Part shown: piece by piece, positions 35,190 through 42,095 of the stretch
Position numbering within the stretch: position 1 is the first letter of the stretch
Layout: each line of letters begins with the position of its first letter
Assembly (NCBI GenBank): GCA_036274575.1
Contig: DASUFJ010000131.1
Coordinates: forward strand, 4,262-68,261
Length of the DNA: 64,000 nucleotides
Direction: 5' to 3'
Origin: Candidatus Limnocylindria bacterium
GTDB taxonomy: Bacteria; Chloroflexota; Limnocylindria; QHBO01
Made by a program: the position numbers and the translations under genes
The notes under the pieces: generated by a model
Seen by the model: only the letters and a program-made list of their open reading frames with translations
What the model was told of the DNA's origin: nothing
Databases searched by the model: none

Positions 35190-36148
35190 TGGGCGGCATC
35201 GGGCGCATTGCGTTTCTCGGCACGGGCGCGTTCGGCGTCCCGCTGCTCGCGCGCGTGGCCGGGCTGGCCGACGAGATGCTCGTCATCAGCCAGCCCGACC
35301 GTCCGGCCGGCCGCCGCCTCCAGCTCCGCGCGACGCCGATCAGCACCCGGGCGCGGGAGGCGGGGCTGCGGGTCCTGACGCCGGCACGCCTCCGCTCGGA
35401 CGAGGCCCGTGAGGCGATCGCCGACTTCCGACCGGACGGCCTCGTCCTGGTGGCCTACGGGCAGATCGTGCCGGCCGACCTGCTGGGGCTGGCGGAGCGG
35501 CCGCCGCTCAACGTCCATCCATCGCTCCTGCCTCGCCACCGCGGAGCCGCGCCGGTGGCGGGGACGATCCTGGCGGGGGACCAGGATGGCGGCGTCTCGC
35601 TCATGATCATGACCACGGAGCTCGACGCGGGACCGGTCGTCGAACGCTGGAAGGTGCCGCTGAGCGGCCGGGAGACCACGCCGGAGCTCGAGGCACGGCT
35701 CGCCGACCTCGCCGCCGAGGTCGTCCCGCCGGAGATCGAGCGCTGGGCGGCGGGTGAGACGACCGGGGAGCCGCAGGACGAGCGCGCGGCCACCTACGTG
35801 CATCCATTCACCCGCGCGGACGGCTGGATCGACTGGCGCCGACCGGCGGTCGAGATCGACCGTCAGGTCCGTGCCCTCCAGCCATGGCCGGGAGCGTGGA
35901 CGACGATCGACGGCCGCCGCCTGCACGTCCGCCGCGCGCGTCCCGTCGCCGGCGTGGACGACGTGCCAATCGGTGCGCTCATGCCGGGCGAAGCCCCGTG
36001 GGTGGCGTGCGGCGTCGGTGCTCTGTCGCTCGAGATCGTGCAGCCCGAGGGCCGGCCGACGATGCCGGCCGAGGCATGGCGACGCGGCCTGCCTCGGGAG
36101 CACATCCTGGTCGGCGCCGGCGGGAAGCCGGAAGAGGCTGCCCGCTAG
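35189..36148 (+). CDS. fmt: Methionyl-tRNA formyltransferase
   Basis: IAFLGTGAFGVP and HPSLLPRHRGAAPV. GTG 35189 overlaps the def stop (TAGTG). Confidence 0.85.
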   Translation: MGGIGRIAFLGTGAFGVPLLARVAGLADEMLVISQPDRPAGRRLQLRATPISTRAREAGLRVLTPARLRSDEAREAIADFRPDGLVLVAYGQIVPADLLGLAERPPLNVHPSLLPRHRGAAPVAGTILAGDQDGGVSLMIMTTELDAGPVVERWKVPLSGRETTPELEARLADLAAEVVPPEIERWAAGETTGEPQDERAATYVHPFTRADGWIDWRRPAVEIDRQVRALQPWPGAWTTIDGRRLHVRRARPVAGVDDVPIGALMPGEAPWVACGVGALSLEIVQPEGRPTMPAEAWRRGLPREHILVGAGGKPEEAAR

Positions 36149-36675
36149 GGGGAGGTCACAGCCTCCGGCGACTCGCCCGGCAGGTGGAGCAGGTTGTGGA
36201 CGCTCCACACGCCGTCGATTGCCGCGCCCTCGCGGGCCAGTCGGTTCCGCATCCGCGCGTTCGGCACCTCGCCTCGGAGCACGAGGATCCCTCGCTCGAC
36301 GCTCAGGTTGATGGTGCCCTTCGGGACCTTGGGGTCGCGAAAGAGCTCGGTCTCGGCGCGGTCGCGAAGCGTGACGTCATCGACCGGCGCGACCCGCTGG
36401 CCGCCCTCGGTGAGCGCCTCGAGCTTGCCCTCGGCGGTCGAGCCGATGGCACGCACGGTCCGCTCGATGCGGTGCCACCCGTGGCGTGCGAGTGCGCTGC
36501 CCTGGTCGACGAGGCGCGCGCGACGTGCGCGACCGCGTGCCGGATCGGTGAGAAAGGCGATGGCCGCGCCGGCGGCTGCGGCGCCGCCGGCGACGAGCAG
36601 CGAGCTCGCCCACGGACGCCGGTCCCGCCCCGTGGCGCGATCTCTCGCGCGTTCCGCTCGTTCGGTGATTCTCAT
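36145..36675 (-). CDS. BON domain-containing protein with an N-terminal TM/YtxH-like segment
   Basis: MRITERAERARD... start, with C-terminal VTLRDRAETELFRDPKVPKGTINLSVERGILVLRGEVPN (BON-like). Its stop overlaps the fmt stop in a CTAG. Confidence 0.6.
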   Translation of the reverse strand: MRITERAERARDRATGRDRRPWASSLLVAGGAAAAGAAIAFLTDPARGRARRARLVDQGSALARHGWHRIERTVRAIGSTAEGKLEALTEGGQRVAPVDDVTLRDRAETELFRDPKVPKGTINLSVERGILVLRGEVPNARMRNRLAREGAAIDGVWSVHNLLHLPGESPEAVTSP

Positions 36676-36791
36676 GACTGTTGCGTCCTCGTGCTGTGTG
36701 GTTCCCTGTCGTCCCTGTGGCAGGTCGCGTGCCGCGCCGCTTTGGGGGCCCCGATGAGAGCCCGCCTGCGAGACCAGAACGGGCGTTCGGA

Positions 36792-36797
36792 TATACT
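36792..36797 (+). promoter_or_regulatory. Candidate -10 hexamer TATACT upstream of the YugP-like peptidase gene
   Basis: GGATATACT lies 35 nt before ATG 36832, with GGAGGTGGGG between them. Confidence 0.4.
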
Positions 36798-36831
36798 CCG
36801 AGCGACCCCCTTGGAGGTGGGGAACGCGAAC

Positions 36832-37557
36832 ATGTTCTTCTTCGATCCGCTCTACATCGTTCTGCTGGTGGTGACCCTGGGGATCACCGGTTGGGCGTCG
36901 TGGCGGGTGCGCTCGACCTACGGCAAGTGGTCGAAGGTCGACTCGGGCATCAACCTCGATGCCTTCGACTTCGCCCGGCGGTTGCTCGACCGTCAGGGCC
37001 TGCAGGCCGTCCGCATCGAGCCGACCCCCGGGCAGCTCACTGACCACTACGACCCGCGCGGGAAGGTCCTGCGCGTCAGCACCCAGGTGGCCGACGCCTC
37101 GGCCCTGACGACGTCGGGCGTCATCAGCAGCGGTCCGCGATTGAGCGTCGCCGCCGCGGCGGTCATCGCCCACGAGGTCGGGCACGCGCTCCAGGACGCA
37201 TCGGGTGACGCGGCCATGAAGCTGCGCCAGGCGATCGTGCCCGCGGCGCAGCTCGGTTCCGGGATCGCTCCGTGGCTCATCATCGCCGGCTTCTTCTTCC
37301 GCCTGGATGGGCTGGCCATCATCGGCCTCATCCTCTTCGCCGGTGCCGTGGCCTTTACGATTGCCACCCTCCCGGTCGAGATCGGGGCGTCGGGGAAGGC
37401 CCTGGCCTTCGTCGGCAGCCTCGGGATGGTCGGAGAGAAGCAGACCGGTGCGCGTGACGTCCTCAAGGCCGCGGCCTGGACCTACGTCGCCGGTGCACTG
37501 GTCGCGATCCTGACGTTCCTGTACTACGTCTTCCTGATCTTCGGGCGGCGTGACTGA
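36832..37557 (+). CDS. YugP-like putative neutral zinc metallopeptidase (membrane)
   Basis: MFFFDPLYIVLLV..., HEVGHALQ (HExxH) and C-terminal TM helices. The listed ORF 35884.. is a spurious extension. Confidence 0.75.
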   Translation: MFFFDPLYIVLLVVTLGITGWASWRVRSTYGKWSKVDSGINLDAFDFARRLLDRQGLQAVRIEPTPGQLTDHYDPRGKVLRVSTQVADASALTTSGVISSGPRLSVAAAAVIAHEVGHALQDASGDAAMKLRQAIVPAAQLGSGIAPWLIIAGFFFRLDGLAIIGLILFAGAVAFTIATLPVEIGASGKALAFVGSLGMVGEKQTGARDVLKAAAWTYVAGALVAILTFLYYVFLIFGRRD

Positions 37558-38677
37558 CGGACCGCTCGCCGGGCCGCTCCCGGCGATCAGCGAGACCGAT
37601 CACTCCGTGCTCGCCGCGTGGCTCGAGGCCCGCGGCGAGCCCGCGTATCGGGCCGGGCAGATCCTTGACGGCGCGCATCGGTCCGAGACGGCGAGCTTCC
37701 CCGACCTGAGCGATGTGCCCGCCGGTCTGCGCGAGGCGCTGGGCACCGCCTTCCGCTTCAGCACCATCGAGGCGAGCCACGTCATCGGTGCCGACGGCGG
37801 CCTGACCGCCAAGGCGGTCCACGAGCTGCATGACGGCCAGCGGATCGAATCGGTCCTCATGCGCTACGAGGCGCACGGACGGTCGGCGGCGCGGACGACC
37901 GTCTGTATCTCGTCCCAGGCCGGTTGCGCGGTGAACTGCCCGTTCTGCGCGACCGGGCAGGCCGGCTTCGGCCGGCAGCTCACCCCGGGCGAGATCGTCG
38001 ACCAGGTCCTGCATTGGCATCGGCCCCCGTGGCGTGCCCTGGCCGCGGGCCCCTCCGGGCACTACAACATCGTCTTCATGGGGATGGGGGAGCCGCTCAA
38101 CAACGCCGATCGCGTGTTCGAGGCCGTGCATCTTCTCAACGACCCGGCTCGCCTCGGAATCGGGGCGCGCCACATCACCGTCTCGACATCGGGCGTCGTG
38201 CCCGGCATGGACCGCATGATCACCGAGCTGCCGCAGGTCAACCTCGCCATCAGCCTCCATGCCGCGACCGATGCGCTGCGCGACGAGCTCGTGCCGATCA
38301 ATCGAAAGTGGCCGATCGACGAGGTGGTCGGCGCCGGGCGGCGATTCGCCGCGCGAACGGGCCGCAGGGTGAGCCTCGAGTACGTGATGATCGATGGCAT
38401 GAACGACGACGTCGTCCAGGCCGATGGCCTCGCGCGGCTGGCCCGCGGCTGGCGCTCGCACGTCAACCTCATCCCGCTCAACCCGACACCCGGATCCGCG
38501 TGGAGCGGCACGCCACGGGCGGGCGTCGAGCGCTTCGCCACCGCGCTTCGAGCAGCCGGCGTGAGCGTGACGGTCCGGGATACCCGCGGGCGCGAGATCG
38601 AGGCGGCATGCGGGCAGCTCCACGCCCAGCTGGCCGGTCGCTCCCTGCGGCAGGCGGCCGCCGTCACGCCGGCATGA
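37550..38677 (+). CDS. rlmN: 23S rRNA/tRNA adenine-C2 methyltransferase RlmN (radical SAM)
   Basis: CISSQAGCAVNCPFCATGQ (CxxxCxxC), MGMGEPL and a C-terminal conserved Cys (EAACGQL). Confidence 0.9.
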   Translation: MTDGPLAGPLPAISETDHSVLAAWLEARGEPAYRAGQILDGAHRSETASFPDLSDVPAGLREALGTAFRFSTIEASHVIGADGGLTAKAVHELHDGQRIESVLMRYEAHGRSAARTTVCISSQAGCAVNCPFCATGQAGFGRQLTPGEIVDQVLHWHRPPWRALAAGPSGHYNIVFMGMGEPLNNADRVFEAVHLLNDPARLGIGARHITVSTSGVVPGMDRMITELPQVNLAISLHAATDALRDELVPINRKWPIDEVVGAGRRFAARTGRRVSLEYVMIDGMNDDVVQADGLARLARGWRSHVNLIPLNPTPGSAWSGTPRAGVERFATALRAAGVSVTVRDTRGREIEAACGQLHAQLAGRSLRQAAAVTPA

Positions 38678-39375
38678 GCGAGCTCGCGCAGATCAGCGCC
38701 AGCATTCTCAACGCCGACTTCAGCCGCCTCGGTGAGGAGGTGGAGCGAGCGGCGGACGGCGGCGTCGACTCGATCCACCTCGACGTCATGGACGGCCACT
38801 TCGTCGACAACCTGACGATGGGCCCGGTCGTCGTCGGGGCGATCCGTCCGAGGACCACCCTCCCGTTCCACAGCCACCTCATGATCCGCAATCCGCTGCG
38901 TCATGCCGACCGATTCGCCGAGGCCGGGAGCGACCTCATCGTCTTCCACGTCGAGGCCGACGACGATCCGCGCGCCGTGATCGCTGCCATCGAGTCCGCC
39001 GGGCGCAGGCCGGGCATCGCGCTCAACCCGGAGACGCCCGCCGAGGCGGTGCTGCCATGGCTGGATCGGGTCGACCTCCTCCTGGTCATGACCGTGCATC
39101 CCGGCTGGGGCGGGCAGGCGTTCATCCCAGAGGTCCTGCCAAAGATGGCCACGCTGGCGCGGGAGATCGCCAACCGCGGGCTCGACCTCCCGATCGGCGT
39201 CGACGGCGGAGTGAAGCTCGACACCATCGGCTCCGCTCACGCTGCCGGCGGGACCGTCCTCGTGGTCGGCAGCGGCCTGTACAGTACCGATGGCGACCTG
39301 GCGCCCACCGTCGCCGCCCTGCGAGCCGCCGCCCGGGCACGCGACGCCGCCGACACCTACGCCGAGAGGACCTGA
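38674..39375 (+). CDS. rpe: Ribulose-phosphate 3-epimerase
   Basis: ISASILNADF, HLDVMDGHFV and VHPGWGGQAF. ATGA overlap with rlmN. Confidence 0.9.
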   Translation: MSELAQISASILNADFSRLGEEVERAADGGVDSIHLDVMDGHFVDNLTMGPVVVGAIRPRTTLPFHSHLMIRNPLRHADRFAEAGSDLIVFHVEADDDPRAVIAAIESAGRRPGIALNPETPAEAVLPWLDRVDLLLVMTVHPGWGGQAFIPEVLPKMATLAREIANRGLDLPIGVDGGVKLDTIGSAHAAGGTVLVVGSGLYSTDGDLAPTVAALRAAARARDAADTYAERT

Positions 39376-40991
39376 ACCTGCCGTCCCGCCGCCTCGCAGC
39401 CGTCGCCCCGGTCCTCCTCATCGTCGCCGCCGCCGTGTCTGCCTGCTCCGAAGGCGTCCCCTTCATCCCGACACCGGCGCCGACGCCGGAGCAGCCTCGC
39501 GCGGTGACGATCCAGGCCACGCTCTATCCGAACGCCGCCCCATTGGCCGGCGTGACCGTCGCCTCGGGCGACCAGACGGCCGTCACCGATGCCGAGGGTG
39601 CGGCGACGCTCACGCTCCTCACCGGCGACGAGGTCACGGGCCAGCTCGGCGGACACGACAGCGCCCGCGGCCAGGTGCCCGCCGAGGGCCCGTTGCGCCT
39701 CGAGCTGCGGGACAACGTCGCGCGCGGCACGGTGACGGACCCGGACGGAGCGCCCATCGCGGGGGTCCGCGTCTTCATCGACGGTGGCGAAACCATGGCC
39801 GAGACCGACGAGAACGGTGCGTACGAGCTGCCCGGCGTCCCGGAGGCGGCGACGGTCGTCTACAAGATGCCCGGCTATCGGCTCAACGAGGTGCAGACGG
39901 GTACCTCGCTCGCCATCGACGTGACGATGGAGCCGTTCGTCGCCCGCGCCCTGTACGCGCCGGCGGCCGTATTCGAGACGGCGGGGCGGCTCGACGCGCT
40001 GCTCGCCATCATCGACCGGACCGAGGCGAACGCCATGGTCATCGACGTGAAGGAGACCGATGGCCGCCTCTACTACGCCACCGATCTGGAGACCGCCGCC
40101 GAGGTCGGCGCCGTCCGCGAGACACCGGTGTTCGACCTCGGGGAGCTGCTGCCGGCGCTCAAGGAGCGCGGCATCTACACCATCGCCCGCATGGTGTCGA
40201 TGAAGGACAACACGTCCGCGGCCGCCCGCCCGGAGCTCGCGGTCCGCAACAGCGCGACCGGGGAGCCGTGGCGGGACAACATCGGCGGTGCCTGGCTCGA
40301 TCCCTCGGCGCCGGGGGTGGCAGAGTACCTCGCCTCCATCGCCGGCGACCTCGCGGACAAGGGCTTCGACGAGGTCCAGCTCGACTACATCCGCTTCTTC
40401 AGTGACGGCCCCTACGACGTGGCCGACACCAACCTGCCGAACACGCAGTCGTTCCGGCTGCCGGCCATCCAGCGCGTCCTGCGCGTCGTGAGCGCGCGGC
40501 TCGACAGGACGAAGACGTTCCTCGCCGCCGACGTCTTCCCGATCAGCTTCATCGTTCCCGACGACCAGGGCATCGGTCAGCGGCCGGAGGTGATCATGCC
40601 GTACGTCGACTACTTCTGCCCCATGGTCTATCCCTCGCATTACGGGCCGGGCGTCTTCGGCTTCCCCGTGCCGAACGACCATCCGTACGAGGTGATCGAC
40701 GAGTCGCTCCAGATCATGAACGAGGAGAAGGAGGGGCTGCCGGTCGTGATCCGGCCCTGGATCCAGGACTTCGGCTACGGCCCGTTCGCGCCGTACACGG
40801 CCGATCAGATCCGGGCGGAGTTTCAGGCCGCGTCGGACAACGGCGCGAAGGGCTGGATGGTCTGGAACGCGCGGGCGATCTTCACCGAGTCGGCGCTGGG
40901 GGCGCCGGTCGAGGGAGAGGACGCCGGCCCGACGACCTCGATCGGTCCGGAGGCATCGCCAGCGCCGTCGGCGCCGTCGGCGTCGCCGTAG
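39372..40991 (+). CDS. Lipoprotein with carboxypeptidase-regulatory-like beta-sandwich repeats and a putative glycoside-hydrolase-like (DUF4015/GHL-type) TIM-barrel domain
   Basis: Signal/lipobox PSRRLAAVAPVLLIVAAAVSAC, GTVTDPDGAPIAGVRVFIDGGETMAETDENGAYEL, then ANAMVIDVKETDGRLYY...EVQLDYIRF. There is no in-frame ATG/GTG/TTG upstream of the signal peptide. The start is inferred as CTG 39372 (CTGA overlap with rpe) or CTG 39378. Confidence 0.6.
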   Translation: MNLPSRRLAAVAPVLLIVAAAVSACSEGVPFIPTPAPTPEQPRAVTIQATLYPNAAPLAGVTVASGDQTAVTDAEGAATLTLLTGDEVTGQLGGHDSARGQVPAEGPLRLELRDNVARGTVTDPDGAPIAGVRVFIDGGETMAETDENGAYELPGVPEAATVVYKMPGYRLNEVQTGTSLAIDVTMEPFVARALYAPAAVFETAGRLDALLAIIDRTEANAMVIDVKETDGRLYYATDLETAAEVGAVRETPVFDLGELLPALKERGIYTIARMVSMKDNTSAAARPELAVRNSATGEPWRDNIGGAWLDPSAPGVAEYLASIAGDLADKGFDEVQLDYIRFFSDGPYDVADTNLPNTQSFRLPAIQRVLRVVSARLDRTKTFLAADVFPISFIVPDDQGIGQRPEVIMPYVDYFCPMVYPSHYGPGVFGFPVPNDHPYEVIDESLQIMNEEKEGLPVVIRPWIQDFGYGPFAPYTADQIRAEFQAASDNGAKGWMVWNARAIFTESALGAPVEGEDAGPTTSIGPEASPAPSAPSASP

Positions 40992-40995
40992 CCCG

Positions 40996-41451
40996 GTGCG
41001 GCTCGTCGTCCAGCGCGTCTCGCGCGCATCGGTCCGGGTCGAAGGTGAGCTGCTGGGTGAGATCGGGACCGGCGCTGCCGTCCTGGCCGGCATCGCGGCC
41101 GGCGACACCCCCGAGCTCGTCGACCGCATGGCCGACAAGCTGGTGGGGCTGCGCTACTTCGCCGATGCGGACGGGCGTACGAACCTGGCGATCGCCGACG
41201 TCGGGGGCGCGTTCCTGGTCGTCAGCCAGTTCACGCTCCACGCGGACGTGCGGCGAGGACGCCGTCCGGGCTTCTCCGATGCGGCGGCGCCGGAGCTGGC
41301 GGTTCCGCTCCTCGACCGCTTCGTCGGCCGGGTGCGGACTGCCTCCGGGGTGCGGGTCGAGACCGGGCGCTTCGGTGCGACGATGGCCGTCGAGCTCGTC
41401 AACGATGGCCCGTTCACCCTGATGCTTGACTCCGACCGGGATCTCGCCTGA
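40996..41451 (+). CDS. dtd: D-aminoacyl-tRNA deacylase
   Basis: MRLVVQRVSRASV, LVVSQFTL and the overall Dtd pattern at 151 aa. Confidence 0.85.
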   Translation: MRLVVQRVSRASVRVEGELLGEIGTGAAVLAGIAAGDTPELVDRMADKLVGLRYFADADGRTNLAIADVGGAFLVVSQFTLHADVRRGRRPGFSDAAAPELAVPLLDRFVGRVRTASGVRVETGRFGATMAVELVNDGPFTLMLDSDRDLA

Positions 41452-41530
41452 GGAGCAGAGTTGGCGGGTCCGCGCCAGCCACTGGCTCCGCAGACGGCGC
41501 TGGGCGGCTCCTTTCGCCTAATGCTCGTCA

Positions 41531-41603
41531 GGGCACCAGTTATCCAAGTCGCGGAGCCTCGACTTGAACCATGTGCCGGATTCGGAGCACTGCACGGCCG
41601 ATG
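41531..41603. repeat. Copy 1 of an imperfect 73-nt direct repeat (dtd-rpmB intergenic region)
   Basis: Hand alignment to 41675-41747 gives about 59/73 identical positions. It contains the hairpin CAAGTCG/CGACTTG. Confidence 0.8.
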
Positions 41604-41674
41604 CGGCCCACTCGGACCGCTTCCACGCTCAGCTGACTGCGCCTCGGCGTACTTCTTCCAGACAGTGCTCGCCA

Positions 41675-41747
41675 AGGCGCACGTTGTTCAAGACGCGGAG
41701 TCCCGGCTTGAACGATGTGCCGCATTCGGAGCATTGCACGGCCGATG
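41675..41747. repeat. Copy 2 of the 73-nt direct repeat (144 nt downstream of copy 1)
   Basis: Shares ...GTT.T.CAAG.CGCGGAG.C.CG.CTTGAAC.ATGTGCCG.ATTCGGAGCA.TGCACGGCCGATG with copy 1. It contains the hairpin GTTCAAG/CTTGAAC. Confidence 0.8.
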
Positions 41748-41775
41748 AGCCGATCACGGCCGATCTGGACAGCGC

Positions 41776-41802
41776 GACGCCCGCGTCGGAGGACGCGGGC
41801 GT
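41776..41802 (-). terminator. Candidate stem-loop terminator downstream of rpmB
   Basis: An 11-bp GC-rich stem ACGCCCGCGTC/GACGCGGGCGT with a 4-nt loop, about 25 nt after the rpmB stop. There is no clear U-tract. Confidence 0.35.
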
Positions 41803-41824
41803 ATCGGTCGCGGAGAAAGGAAGG

Positions 41825-42016
41825 TCAGACCTTCTGGGCGGTGCGGCGGCAGCGGCTGCAGGCGTTCACCTTGAGCGTGCGACCGTCGCGGACGATCGTC
41901 ATCGGCTGTAGGTTCGGCAGCCATCGGCGCAGGGCGCGCTTGCGGTTCATCCCGACGGACTGGGGGTTCCAGCCGGTGATCGGGCGCTTGCCGCAGATGT
42001 CGCAGACGCGGGCCAT
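41825..42016 (-). CDS. rpmB: 50S ribosomal protein L28
   Basis: MARVCDICGKRPITGWNPQSVGMNRKRALRRWLPNLQ... The ORF-track start (42037) adds 7 non-conserved residues. Confidence 0.9.
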   Translation of the reverse strand: MARVCDICGKRPITGWNPQSVGMNRKRALRRWLPNLQPMTIVRDGRTLKVNACSRCRRTAQKV

Positions 42017-42070
42017 GGTCGAAGGATCTCCAGTCACGAAAATGCCGGCGCCGTGCGCCGGACCGATCGA

Positions 42071-42090
42071 GATCGTAGCACGCTACGATC
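42071..42090. promoter_or_regulatory. 20-bp palindrome GATCGTAGC-AC-GCTACGATC carrying divergent TACGAT -10-like hexamers (rpmB / recG)
   Basis: Perfect 9-bp arms read directly. The plus-strand TACGAT (42084-42089) ends 6 nt before the recG ATG (leaderless). The minus-strand TACGAT lies about 55 nt upstream of rpmB. Confidence 0.4.
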
Positions 42091-42095
42091 GGCCC

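Noticed and set aside
41461-41748. 95-aa plus-strand ORF and 64-aa minus-strand ORF (41540..41734) across the 73-nt repeats
   Set aside because: They exist only because the repeat is duplicated, and the translations are not protein-like. The CxxC frame is more plausible but still unproven.
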